This document shows, in pieces, positions 18,414 to 27,788 of a stretch of DNA of 48,605 nucleotides. Origin of the DNA: a virus (Duplodnaviria > Heunggongvirae > Uroviricota > Caudoviricetes); the IMG/VR virus record IMGVR_UViG_3300037400_006466, positions 236,098 to 284,702 of that record; one strand, 5' to 3'. The notes below the pieces were generated by a model that had not been told where the DNA came from, did no database searches, and worked only from the letters and a program-made list of their open reading frames with translations. The stretch's first letter is position 1; each line of letters starts with the position of its first letter. Position numbers and translations under genes: made by a program.

Positions 18414-20087
18414 TTAATATCCTATAATCTGATTCTTAAAGTAAGACCAGTAAGTTGATGCTTTATAAGATTCTACATATTCTGATGGAACAAAAATGGA
18501 TCCTTTGCTACTAGTAATCTGTGTACTGTAAAAGACATATGAAGTATTTATAGAGCAATTTGACATTCCAACATATATTGTACTTAAAGAATCACAGTTT
18601 CTAAAAGCATAGATTCCTATATATGTACAATTTGGAAGTGATATACTTGTTAATTTAGAACAATATGCAAAAGCAGAGGATCCAATTGCGTTACACTTTG
18701 GAAGGTATATGTCAGTAAGAGAATAACAACTTGCAAAAGCACTCATTTCTATTGAAACGCATTCTGGCAAAGAGACACTGGTAAGAGAACTACAAGAATA
18801 AAATGTGTAAGTTTTTATTGTTGTACACATTGAAAAAGATATGTTTGCAAGACTGCTACAGTTATAAAAAGCACCTAGTCCTATAGTTGTACAAGTAGGA
18901 AGGATGGCTTCACTAAGTCTATAACAATCATTAAAAGCATAGTTTGCTATATTTGTACATTTTGGAAATGATATTGTTGTTAAGTAAGAGCAATCATAGA
19001 AAGCGTTTGCACCTATTGTTTCACACTCTGGGAATATTGCAGTATTAAGTGATATGCATCTTGTAAAAGTACCTGTCTCAATTGTTGTACACTTTGGAAA
19101 TTCTGCAGCCTTAAGAGCACTGCATCCATAGAATGCTGAATATCCTATATATGTACACTCAGGAAACGACACTTCAGAAAGATTAAAGCAGCCCTGAAAG
19201 GCTGAACTACTTATAGATATACAATTAGAAAATGATGCTACAGTAAGAGACCCGCATCCTGAAAATGCATATGCTCCTATGTGAGTACAATTAGGAAAAA
19301 ATGCAGAAGAAATACCAGTTCTTCCAAAAGCTCTTCCAATAGAAGTACAAAGTGGAGCTGAAACCTCTGTGAGACTGCTGCATTGATAAAAAAGATTGTC
19401 TGTAATGGTCAACACTTTTGGAAGATATACTCTAGTGAGTGCACGGCAATTTGAAAAAACTCCTTGACCAAATTCAGAACAATTTGGAAATGACACTTCA
19501 GTAAGAGAACTACAGTAATTGAAGGCTAATTCATTAACAAGAGAACAAGAAGGAAAATAAACTGAAGATAAGTTAAAACAATATGCAAATGCTCCAAGTC
19601 CTATTGATGAGCATTTAGGAAAATAAGCTTCAGACAAAGTCCTACACTGCCAAAAAGCACTTGTATCTATTTGTGTACACTCTGGAAAAGATGCATTATT
19701 AAGAGAATAGCAGTATGCAAAAGCATTACTACCAATAGTATTACATGATGGCATGCTTATAGAACTGAGACTACTGCACTGATAAAAAGCAAAGTTTTCA
19801 ATGCTTGTACATGCTGGAAATGAAACCTCTTTCAGTGAACTGAATCCTCTGAAACATTGTTCTGGCAAGGTTTCCATAGTTGAATTTTCATAAGATTCTA
19901 TGGTTCCTTCAATCAGTTCCTTTACATAGAAAGGATCATGAGTCCAGGAAGATAAAATGTTTGATATATCATCAAGATGAGTATCATCTGAAACTGTAAG
20001 TCCTTTACTTAACAGAACTTCTTTTAAGTCATTTTCTATATTCAACAGTCTTGTCTGCTGTGAAATAAGAGAACTATTCAAAGACAT
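18414..20087 (-). CDS. BspA-type leucine-rich repeat (LRR_5) protein
   Basis: About 20 repeats of SLxEVSFPxCTxIGxxAFxxCx; N-terminal RLLNIENDLKEVLLSKGLTV; C-terminal IFVPSEYVESYKASTYWSYFKNQIIGY cap. Confidence 0.9.
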   Translation of the reverse strand: MSLNSSLISQQTRLLNIENDLKEVLLSKGLTVSDDTHLDDISNILSSWTHDPFYVKELIEGTIESYENSTMETLPEQCFRGFSSLKEVSFPACTSIENFAFYQCSSLSSISMPSCNTIGSNAFAYCYSLNNASFPECTQIDTSAFWQCRTLSEAYFPKCSSIGLGAFAYCFNLSSVYFPSCSLVNELAFNYCSSLTEVSFPNCSEFGQGVFSNCRALTRVYLPKVLTITDNLFYQCSSLTEVSAPLCTSIGRAFGRTGISSAFFPNCTHIGAYAFSGCGSLTVASFSNCISISSSAFQGCFNLSEVSFPECTYIGYSAFYGCSALKAAEFPKCTTIETGTFTRCISLNTAIFPECETIGANAFYDCSYLTTISFPKCTNIANYAFNDCYRLSEAILPTCTTIGLGAFYNCSSLANISFSMCTTIKTYTFYSCSSLTSVSLPECVSIEMSAFASCYSLTDIYLPKCNAIGSSAFAYCSKLTSISLPNCTYIGIYAFRNCDSLSTIYVGMSNCSINTSYVFYSTQITSSKGSIFVPSEYVESYKASTYWSYFKNQIIGY

Positions 20088-20100
20088 TAATTACTCCTCT

Positions 20101-20256
20101 TTAACAGGATTCCATCATTTTTACAGAATTGTTCCATAGAATCATTGCATCTCCAACATCTTCAGATGTCAATAATTCTATCTCTTCATCAGAGAGCTCC
20201 TCCAATGAATCTAGACTCACAAGTTCTTTACCTTCAATTACCTTGGCCATGATCAT
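20101..20256 (-). CDS. Small acidic protein (51 aa)
   Basis: Hand translation MIMAKVIEGKELVSLDSLEELSDEEIELLTSEDVGDAMILWNNSVKMMESC; AAGGA RBS; fills the gap between neighbours. Confidence 0.6.
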   Translation of the reverse strand: MIMAKVIEGKELVSLDSLEELSDEEIELLTSEDVGDAMILWNNSVKMMESC

Positions 20257-20263
20257 TCAATCC

Positions 20264-20941
20264 TTAAATTGTAGCTAAAACTGACTCCACTGTGTCCATC
20301 ACAGTTTGCATTACAGCAACCTGATTGTTCACATAAGTATAGACCTGACTTCCTGAGGTCAACCCAGAGTCAGATTCTGAAATTCCATTGGATGTATTTA
20401 AGTATTTGGAATCTAACTTACGAACATATTCATGTTGGGTATCCTTAATATAGATCTGAATATTATGGATGACTTCTCCACGTTTCTCATCAGTACGGTC
20501 AGACCACTCATATGGATCTTCATCCTTAGTCCCAAAAACACTGTATGTGCTGTTACCGTCAACCGAATATTGGAAGTAAAACAACTTGGTATTCTCATCA
20601 GCCGGATCTAGCTGGCCTAATGAATAAATAGTCCTTGTGCCACTGCTATAATTTAACTTTACATTCTCATAAACTACCCCATCAAAGATGATGGTATAAT
20701 CATAAATATCATTTTCTTTGTTTGTCTTGAAGAACTCAAAATCAGCGCCATTTTCACCGGCATAATCATAAAAAACCTGGCTATTCTTATTATAGACTTC
20801 TTGATAAGAGGAGACATAGCAAGGCAATTCTGACTTACTGATTAATCCTTTTTTAAACTCACAACTTGGATTCAAAAACTTCATAAGATTGGAATTGTAG
20901 TGAATCAATCCATTTGTATCTAAAAAAGCTTTATCTGACAT
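20264..20941 (-). CDS. Fibre-associated protein, KYLDxxGL family
   Basis: MSDKAFLDTNGLIHY; VRKLDSKYL fibre motif; GLTSGSQVYTYV resembles GFVTGDQVYDAL in 2829..3644. Confidence 0.5.
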   Translation of the reverse strand: MSDKAFLDTNGLIHYNSNLMKFLNPSCEFKKGLISKSELPCYVSSYQEVYNKNSQVFYDYAGENGADFEFFKTNKENDIYDYTIIFDGVVYENVKLNYSSGTRTIYSLGQLDPADENTKLFYFQYSVDGNSTYSVFGTKDEDPYEWSDRTDEKRGEVIHNIQIYIKDTQHEYVRKLDSKYLNTSNGISESDSGLTSGSQVYTYVNNQVAVMQTVMDTVESVLATI

Positions 20942-20958
20942 AATCTCTCTCTCCTATT

Positions 20959-22221
20959 TTATAACCCTATAACAACACTAGGACTAGGGTCTATAATCCC
21001 ACTGGTCACTGAAGCCCCTCGGAATGAAAAGGTTGTCTCCTTATCATCACTATCTTTTACACTTAAATAAGAAGATACATTTTCATTTCCAACTTTTACA
21101 TTGTCAACCAGGGCATAATATTTAGCGGATATTATAGGTCCAGGCCCATCATCAGATGATGATCTAGTGAAATCTATATATTTGACTTGGTTCTGGTCAT
21201 TGGATAAAACTTTAATAGTTCCAATAAAAACACTTTTTCCAAGGTCCTCATCATATTTACGATAGTATGATAGAACCTCTAAAGATGGAATATTGAAAAT
21301 GTCATCTATCTGAGAATTTTCCAGAGGATTTACTTCTATGTCCAATGAACTGGTTCCAAGAGCCTCAGCAACTTTAGCAGAAAATCCAGACCCTGTCTTT
21401 ATCTTTGCTAAATAGACTCCATTAGAATTAGCTTTCTCTTCACTTTCAAAACCAAGTTGTTTAAAAACAGTTTCATTGACAAATATCTTAACATTAAACA
21501 AAATGTCATTTCCACTTCTTGTGTAGTTAGGAGGAGAAGTATGATCTAACAAATATATCTCAACAGTTCCTTTATCAGAGTTCAAATCAAAGAACTCATC
21601 TGAATTACCACGGCCATGGCTAACTGCAATCTGGTTTGTTGAGCTTGCTTCTCCACCTAAGAGTGTGAAGTTGTCAACTGTCTTTGGTAATATAACTCTA
21701 CAAGTCCATGAATCCAGCCCATATGATTTAAGATCAAAAGGAGCCTCTAAAGTGACTCCTGGAAAGGTACTGACTCCTTCAGGAATTCTAATGGAAGTAT
21801 TGATATTAAAAGGGAACCTAGGAATGGTATCGTCACTGAGTTCAGTGAACTCACTAAGTTCTCTTTCGTCCAGAATTGTATAATCACTTGATCCTCCTTC
21901 TCCTTCTTCATATAAGGAGACAAAGATGTTTTTAAAATCACGTCTACCATTCTCAAATGCCAGAGAAGATATTTGGAATGAGGTAGAGTCACTCTTAAGA
22001 ATTCCAATTTTTACAGAGTCAACATCTTTTCCAATCCAAAGGGAATCATTCAAAGAATCAGGACCCCATCCCCCTGTTCCTACTTCAGTGTGTGAAGAAT
22101 CGTACCCTCTCAATGGAAAGAAATTAGATCCTACCCATACTGGATAAAGTCCTTCTTTTTCTGCATCAAAAGGATAAAATAAATCTTTATTATTATCTAT
22201 TGGAAAACGTTTCATAGCCAT
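20959..22221 (-). CDS. Paralog of the 1290..2819 N-terminal domain
   Basis: SLWIGKD..ISSLAFENG..SIRIPEGV..FPG..RVILPKTV..IYLLDHTSPP. Confidence 0.5.
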   Translation of the reverse strand: MAMKRFPIDNNKDLFYPFDAEKEGLYPVWVGSNFFPLRGYDSSHTEVGTGGWGPDSLNDSLWIGKDVDSVKIGILKSDSTSFQISSLAFENGRRDFKNIFVSLYEEGEGGSSDYTILDERELSEFTELSDDTIPRFPFNINTSIRIPEGVSTFPGVTLEAPFDLKSYGLDSWTCRVILPKTVDNFTLLGGEASSTNQIAVSHGRGNSDEFFDLNSDKGTVEIYLLDHTSPPNYTRSGNDILFNVKIFVNETVFKQLGFESEEKANSNGVYLAKIKTGSGFSAKVAEALGTSSLDIEVNPLENSQIDDIFNIPSLEVLSYYRKYDEDLGKSVFIGTIKVLSNDQNQVKYIDFTRSSSDDGPGPIISAKYYALVDNVKVGNENVSSYLSVKDSDDKETTFSFRGASVTSGIIDPSPSVVIGL

Positions 22222-22223
22222 AT

Positions 22224-23900
22224 TTATAACCTACCTTCTGAATCTGAATTGCCAGTCATTTCAAATTCAAATGACATTGTGTCATCATATCCTATTACTA
22301 CTTTTGTGCTAAAGTCTTTTGGCTCTAGGAATGCAAAATCTATTTTGTCTAAATCTGAAATTTTTGTCACTGTTTCTAGTAATTCTGACAACTGGTCAGA
22401 GTATGGAACATATTCTTTTTTTATAATCTTTTTTGTTTCAAAAGAAGGTGATCCAAGATATATCTCTAAGGTATGAGTTTCAGAGTTTGTAAGAGGAGTC
22501 ATGCTAAGAATAACTATACTAAATCCAGAAAGAGCATTGAATATAAGTCCAAGGTTTTTCTCCTCAAAAGTTACAAATTCATTTGGATCTTCCACACTGG
22601 CATCAAGATAGCCATGAAAACTCAGTCCATCCCATATTACTGTTATATCTTTATTTGCTATTTTATTTACAATTTCTTCTGGAGCTTTCCCATCAAAGTC
22701 TAAATATACACCATTAGGATACATGATTGTTCCACCTGGCACACTGGTCTCACTAGTCACAGGATCTATATGATTGAAAATTCCTGATGGTTCAACGTAA
22801 AAGTTTCCTTCTGATGGTGTATGTACCACAACTGATACTACTGGAACGTCAGCTTCTTTTGTTTCAAATAGCTTTGTTTCAAACATTGACTCTGAAACAA
22901 TGTCAGTAATCTTACTAGGTATTACTGTCTCTTTTGTAGTGGTTTCAGCTTCAATTGGATAATAGGTAATCCAACTTCCTTCAGAATTAAGACTATCACT
23001 GTAAATGTCTTTTGGAACATAGACTTTAATCAATCCAGAAGATGAAGAGAATGTCTGCTGTGCTGATTCAGAAGCTGTAATGACAGGAAGTTCACTGTGA
23101 TTAAAACAATAGAACTCTACAGAAGCATGAGGTCCTCTCAAAAGATTTTTGAAAGGGGAATTTGACACTCCGTTAGACTCACTTGAATTCAAATATGTAA
23201 CATACTCAGAAAGTCCAAACTTGTTGCTTACATTATGTCCAAAAGGATTTATAGAAGTATCTGAAATCTCAAAGCCTGTAATTGTAGATGGTAAGTAAAT
23301 CCTTATTTTATAAGATGTTAAGGATCCATTTTCATCATACCATTCTTCTGGAAATCCAGTAACTTGATGGCTTATGTTTTCAGAACTAGCCAGGCGTATC
23401 GGTGAACACAAGTTAATTCCAGGAAAGCTTGTACATCCATCTGGAAGTTTCATTGAGTCAGAAACATAGAAAGGAAGTGGATCACTGCCGTTGAGGGTGA
23501 TTGCATTGTTTGTATCTATGCCATCGTGGGTTAAAGGAGTGACTCGTATCTTACTTAAATCAATGCCATCTTGAAAAGAAATAGATGAAAATTCAGGATG
23601 CGCTCCAGTGGCTTTAAAATAATACATCGTCATTCCTATGATATCTTTTCCAAACCATGCATTGGTTAAAGACATAAAAGCGCCTTCATCCCAACTATTG
23701 TTAGATGAATCCCAGCCATAGCATGCTATTATTGTATAATCACTTGGTTCTGATGAGCCAGGAGCAGTTGACGATGCATTTATATATACAGGATGTAGTG
23801 GTGTTGAAAGTCCACTTAAAACATCTTCTTGATGTTCATTTTCTATTGGAAAGAAAATTTCGTGTTGAATTTCGTCTTGTGATACCATTTGTTTCTCCAA
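22224..23900 (-). CDS. Paralog of the 1290..2819 N-terminal domain plus fibre-like modules
   Basis: WFGKD..SISFQDG..MKLPDGC..FPG..IRIYLPSTI..FNHSELP; KKIIKKEYVP; C-terminal IDFAFLEP...VVIGY. Confidence 0.5.
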   Translation of the reverse strand: MEKQMVSQDEIQHEIFFPIENEHQEDVLSGLSTPLHPVYINASSTAPGSSEPSDYTIIACYGWDSSNNSWDEGAFMSLTNAWFGKDIIGMTMYYFKATGAHPEFSSISFQDGIDLSKIRVTPLTHDGIDTNNAITLNGSDPLPFYVSDSMKLPDGCTSFPGINLCSPIRLASSENISHQVTGFPEEWYDENGSLTSYKIRIYLPSTITGFEISDTSINPFGHNVSNKFGLSEYVTYLNSSESNGVSNSPFKNLLRGPHASVEFYCFNHSELPVITASESAQQTFSSSSGLIKVYVPKDIYSDSLNSEGSWITYYPIEAETTTKETVIPSKITDIVSESMFETKLFETKEADVPVVSVVVHTPSEGNFYVEPSGIFNHIDPVTSETSVPGGTIMYPNGVYLDFDGKAPEEIVNKIANKDITVIWDGLSFHGYLDASVEDPNEFVTFEEKNLGLIFNALSGFSIVILSMTPLTNSETHTLEIYLGSPSFETKKIIKKEYVPYSDQLSELLETVTKISDLDKIDFAFLEPKDFSTKVVIGYDDTMSFEFEMTGNSDSEGRL

Positions 23901-23927
23901 ATTTCAAAAATTAAATAATATAAAAAT

Positions 23928-24230
23928 TTACTTGGGGTTTCCGCCGCCGCCACCAGAGCCTGATTCATCTATTTCTACTGACTCTTCTGTATTGTAGCCT
24001 ACAACAACCATACCACTGATGTTAGAAACATTAGATGTTGTTGGATCCACAATAGCAAAATCAATGGTGTCTGGTTTAAACACATTTGTAGTTATTTCTT
24101 CAGTTTCAGTTGAAGGCTCAAAATAATCTTTCTTAAAATTATTTATTGATTCTTCATTTGATGAAGCTACATATTCCTTAATCCTTTGATCATAAAGAGT
24201 AAGTCCTTGAATGTCTAAAAATTTTTTCAT
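23928..24230 (-). CDS. Small KYLDxxGL-family protein
   Basis: MKKFLDIQGLTLYDQRIKEYV; IDFAIVDP...VVVGY module shared with 22224..23900. Confidence 0.6.
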   Translation of the reverse strand: MKKFLDIQGLTLYDQRIKEYVASSNEESINNFKKDYFEPSTETEEITTNVFKPDTIDFAIVDPTTSNVSNISGMVVVGYNTEESVEIDESGSGGGGGNPK

Positions 24231-24314
24231 TAGATTAATCCCTATAAAGTATGATACTTAATTAGTATTTTGTTTAAAAACAAATAACAATAGAGTGAAT
24301 GATATACTAACAAT

Positions 24315-24342
24315 AAAAAGCCCTTCCATTTTCAGAAGGGCT
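24315..24342 (-). terminator. Rho-independent terminator
   Basis: AGCCCTTC/GAAGGGCT stem plus T run on the minus strand. Confidence 0.7.
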
Positions 24343-24405
24343 ATTATCCAAGAAGGTGTATTTCTTAATTTCCCATTTCTAAGCTCCATCATTGACTTGT
24401 GTCAC

Positions 24406-24888
24406 TTATTTGGTTCCTGATTCTGGTACTGATAAGGAAGCACCATCTATCTGTAAATGCTGTCCTAAAACAGTCATACTGACTGAACATGTTCCAGTAC
24501 CAAAGTTTTTGTTAAACACCTTCAGATTACTGAATGCGCCTGAAACCTCCTCATAAGGGCTTTCAATGTGTTGGTGATTGGACCCCAAAGTTCCATACTT
24601 AAATGTGTATGTTGGCACTCCATCTGTCATAAGGCATCGTAGCTCTGCAGCTCTGGTTGCACCATTCTGAGTCACATAAACATATCCTACAAAAAGATTA
24701 AGTAGACCTGTATAATAATCTTCCATTACACTAAAAGCAACCTCATCAGTATGCTCCGCATCATAGACAGGTTCTATGACAATACTGGTGTCAAACAGAC
24801 TCTTCACAAAAGAATCCTCTATGGCTTCTGGTTTCATGCTGTTCATCAAAAAATTCAATCCTGCATAATCTAAATATTTATCACTCAT
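24406..24888 (-). CDS. KYLDxxGL-family protein
   Basis: 160 aa; MSDKYLDYAGLNFLMNSMK...AIEDSFVKSLF. Confidence 0.55.
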   Translation of the reverse strand: MSDKYLDYAGLNFLMNSMKPEAIEDSFVKSLFDTSIVIEPVYDAEHTDEVAFSVMEDYYTGLLNLFVGYVYVTQNGATRAAELRCLMTDGVPTYTFKYGTLGSNHQHIESPYEEVSGAFSNLKVFNKNFGTGTCSVSMTVLGQHLQIDGASLSVPESGTK

Positions 24889-24902
24889 CTGTTTTTACCT
24901 CC

Positions 24903-27023
24903 TTACATAGCTATTTGCATAGTTCCTGTAGCAAAGATACAAGCAGTCATTATAGGAGCATTACTGACATCAATTCTCATAGTATAGGCATTTGAATCAC
25001 CCTCAGACAAAGTCACATTGATAGTATCCGCAGAGTAAGAAGCTCTTTGGTCATCTGTTCCTTGATTAACTGCATTCATGAAATCAGCTTCAGTAGTATT
25101 GGAATAAAGGTTATCCAGGTCTGAACTGTCACCTTTCATCCAGTAGACAGTATCACTTCCTTCGAACTTTCTCAGATAAAGCGCGTAGTTTTCCTCAATA
25201 CTATTATCATCTTGTAGCAGCAAGTATCCATAATAGAAAATTTCATCTCCAGACTTAATTACAGAGAGATAATTGTCCACGACCTTAGGGCTGTTCATCA
25301 GAATGTAGAGATCTTGGTCTGAAATTGCTTCTATATCAACTTCAGTCTCTTTCTCGAGCTCCTGGACTCTGGACTGAAGGGATGATATTGTATCCATGAG
25401 CTCTGTGAAATCAGGGAGCTCAGGCTTATTCTTAAGGTCATCGTAAGAAATATCAAGATAGTCTGGATTGATTTGAGGACTGCTGTTATGTATCTTCAAA
25501 TTGTAGGTGCTCCCAGCCTGAACATCATTGTCCTGGAAATAGAATCCCAGAACATGCTGACTTTGGGTATCAATGGATATGACATGAAGGTCACCTATGA
25601 CAGTCGTAGGAGTAATCTGACCAGGATCGAAAGGAATCTCAATGGAGTCTCCATCCACTGGGAACTTGACATCATAGTCATTGCCTTTCCATGTTATCTT
25701 AACTGTCTCACCTAACAGAGGGTATATGACATCATCCTGACCTAAAGATGCTATAGCCAAGAAGGGATATTTATTATTATCACTGTCTGTCTCAATCGCA
25801 GGGTTAACAAATAAGGTCTTACTGTTATTAAAATCAGTGAATGCCTCCCCGTTTGAATCAAGACCATAATTTATATCCAGAATAACATTGTCCTTGTTTG
25901 TCAGGATACTTCTATACTTGGAAGGCATGTACTCATCATCCAACACCTTCTTGTCAGTACGCACCAGATCCAATGAAATATGCTGCAAGCTCCTGTCATC
26001 TGATTTGTCTCTAACTCCATTATCAAACGAAATGAGTCCTGGAAATGTTGCATCTGTTGCTAAAACTATACATGGCCATTCATTGGTAGAACCATCTGGC
26101 TTTGAAACATTCATGCTTTCTGGAGCTTCAAATCCTTCAGGAACGAAGATTGCAGTATGTCCTGTAAGATTTTCACTTGAAACTTCAGAAACTTTCCATG
26201 TTCCATTTACCTCACTCCCATTAACTGTAATGGTCTGTTCCTGACCATCTGTAATGAGCTGAGTCAGACTTGTTCCCAATTGGGGGTCTGAGAACCAGAA
26301 AGGAGTTCTCATATCGAGATGAATAGATTTAACTACTGCAGTATAGGACTTTGAGGGGTCTGATGCATCTGTTATGACCAGTGTCTGGTCCTCAATCGAA
26401 TCAGTAAGGAAAGCAAAGGCACATGATGCGGAATCACCATCCTCAAGTTCTTTTCCGTATTCAGGGTCAAACTGAGCCATGGCAAATGGAAGACCATTGT
26501 CAACAAGGTCTCCGTCTATTGAAGGAGCATAGTTCATTATTAAGTCAGAGCCCATGAGTATCCTGTCAAAGTTTCCTATGGAGAGTAGCTTCTTTCCCCA
26601 TAGGCCCTCAAGCTTGACAGGGACATTCTCATATAAAGTGCCCTTATAAAGGACATTATAGGACTGACCTTCCTCAAGTACCTGGTATTCCCCTTCAGTT
26701 ACAAAGTCTACTGCACTTACAGGACCTAATCCTCCACCCTGCCCGGTTGCAGTATAAATGGCGGGTAAAATCTCAACTTTGACACCTGTTTTCTCCAAAC
26801 CTACTGGCTTGTCCTTGAGGTCATCGTATGACCCTGTACCTGCCACTGATGACAAGATTACTGTACCTTCCTCAACTGGAAGCTCTGTTTTCCCAGCCTT
26901 GATTGACTGTATTGCATCCACTGAGGAGGTATGACTGTTCACGAGGTCTGTGACCCAAGTCTTCAGCTTGGAATCATAATAGCTCAGGCCTGTGAAGTCG
27001 ATATACTTTTTGGTATCTGGCAT
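24903..27023 (-). CDS. Large tail-fibre-like protein, KYLDxxGL family
   Basis: 706 aa; KKYIDFTGLSYYDSKLKTWV; SVAGTGSYDDLKDKP and SYDDLKNKP fibre repeats; KKVLDDEYMP. Confidence 0.6.
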   Translation of the reverse strand: MPDTKKYIDFTGLSYYDSKLKTWVTDLVNSHTSSVDAIQSIKAGKTELPVEEGTVILSSVAGTGSYDDLKDKPVGLEKTGVKVEILPAIYTATGQGGGLGPVSAVDFVTEGEYQVLEEGQSYNVLYKGTLYENVPVKLEGLWGKKLLSIGNFDRILMGSDLIMNYAPSIDGDLVDNGLPFAMAQFDPEYGKELEDGDSASCAFAFLTDSIEDQTLVITDASDPSKSYTAVVKSIHLDMRTPFWFSDPQLGTSLTQLITDGQEQTITVNGSEVNGTWKVSEVSSENLTGHTAIFVPEGFEAPESMNVSKPDGSTNEWPCIVLATDATFPGLISFDNGVRDKSDDRSLQHISLDLVRTDKKVLDDEYMPSKYRSILTNKDNVILDINYGLDSNGEAFTDFNNSKTLFVNPAIETDSDNNKYPFLAIASLGQDDVIYPLLGETVKITWKGNDYDVKFPVDGDSIEIPFDPGQITPTTVIGDLHVISIDTQSQHVLGFYFQDNDVQAGSTYNLKIHNSSPQINPDYLDISYDDLKNKPELPDFTELMDTISSLQSRVQELEKETEVDIEAISDQDLYILMNSPKVVDNYLSVIKSGDEIFYYGYLLLQDDNSIEENYALYLRKFEGSDTVYWMKGDSSDLDNLYSNTTEADFMNAVNQGTDDQRASYSADTINVTLSEGDSNAYTMRIDVSNAPIMTACIFATGTMQIAM

Positions 27024-27137
27024 ATATTCTCCTTTAAAAGTAATTAAGACGATAGACTACTTAATTAGTCAATTCCTTCCTAAGGATTAATAATCAGAGG
27101 ATTCCTTTTCAAGATAGAATATCTTATTGACAGGCAT

Positions 27138-27167
27138 AAAAATAACCCTCCTGACAAGGAGGGTTAT
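27138..27167 (-). terminator. Rho-independent terminator
   Basis: 11-bp stem ATAACCCTCCT/AGGAGGGTTAT plus T run; a second hairpin follows at ~27177-27204. Confidence 0.75.
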
Positions 27168-27292
27168 AATGCATAAAAAAAATGGTGTCAATTACTGACA
27201 CCATAAAGAAAAATCAGATGCAAAACATATGCTATGCAACATATTTTCAATCTATTTCCATTCATCAAAAATAGATGTTTATTTAGTAAATA

Positions 27293-27520
27293 TCAGTCCC
27301 TCTTTTTACCGAACAGATCTCTTGCATCCTGGACCAGATTAAGGATTTTGAATACAATTATCCAAAGGATAAGAACTACAAATCCAATAACAAACTGACC
27401 CTAGAAAGGAGCAGTCACCCACCACCATGACCATGTTATCTGACCGATAAGTTTCAGCACAACAAACACTATAAGTAATGCATCACAAAGACAGAGACCA
27501 CTTCCAAGAAGAAAAGTCAT
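27293..27520 (-). pseudogene. Small two-helix membrane protein interrupted by an in-frame TAG (27401-27403)
   Basis: MTFLLGSGLCLCDALLIVFVVLKLIGQITWSWWVVTAPF*GQFVIGFVVLILW...; matches the common phage motif IVFIVLKL.G.I.WSWWWV..P.W, with TAG where Trp (TGG) is expected. Confidence 0.6.
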
Positions 27521-27547
27521 TCACATTACCTCACTTATAATTCATTT

Positions 27548-27622
27548 TGAACTGGGGGAGATTCGAACTCACCGACAACCTGATTAAAAGTCAAGTGCTA
27601 CTTCCAACTGAGCTACCAGTCC
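27548..27622 (-). tRNA. tRNA-Lys(TTT)
   Basis: Acceptor GGACTGG/CCAGTTC; loop CT-TTT-AA; T-loop TTCGAAT. Confidence 0.92.
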
Positions 27623-27629
27623 ATTACTT

Positions 27630-27700
27630 CTGGGATGGGAGGAGTTGAACCACCAAGTAGGGCACCAAAAACCCTTGTGTTACCATTACACTACATCCCA
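27630..27700 (-). tRNA. tRNA-Gln(TTG)
   Basis: Acceptor TGGGATG/CATCCCA, G73; loop TT-TTG-GT. Confidence 0.9.
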
Positions 27701-27706
27701 ATATAG

Positions 27707-27786
27707 TGACCGCAGAGGGATTCGAACCCCCATTTTCAGCTCCTATTACTCTTATCTGATTAGAAGTCAGATGAGGCTATGCGGCC
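27707..27786 (-). tRNA. Atypical D-armless tRNA-Arg(TCT)-like gene
   Basis: Acceptor GGCCGCA/TGCGGTC; 8-nt connector TAGCCTCA instead of a D-arm; arm TCTGA-CTTCTAA-TCAGA; ~23-nt variable region; T-loop TTCGAAT. Confidence 0.7.
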
Positions 27787-27788
27787 AT

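Noticed and set aside
16775-20087. Diversity-generating retroelement acting on the BspA LRRs
   Set aside because: The repeat pair is identical rather than A-specifically mutated, and no reverse transcriptase is in the window.
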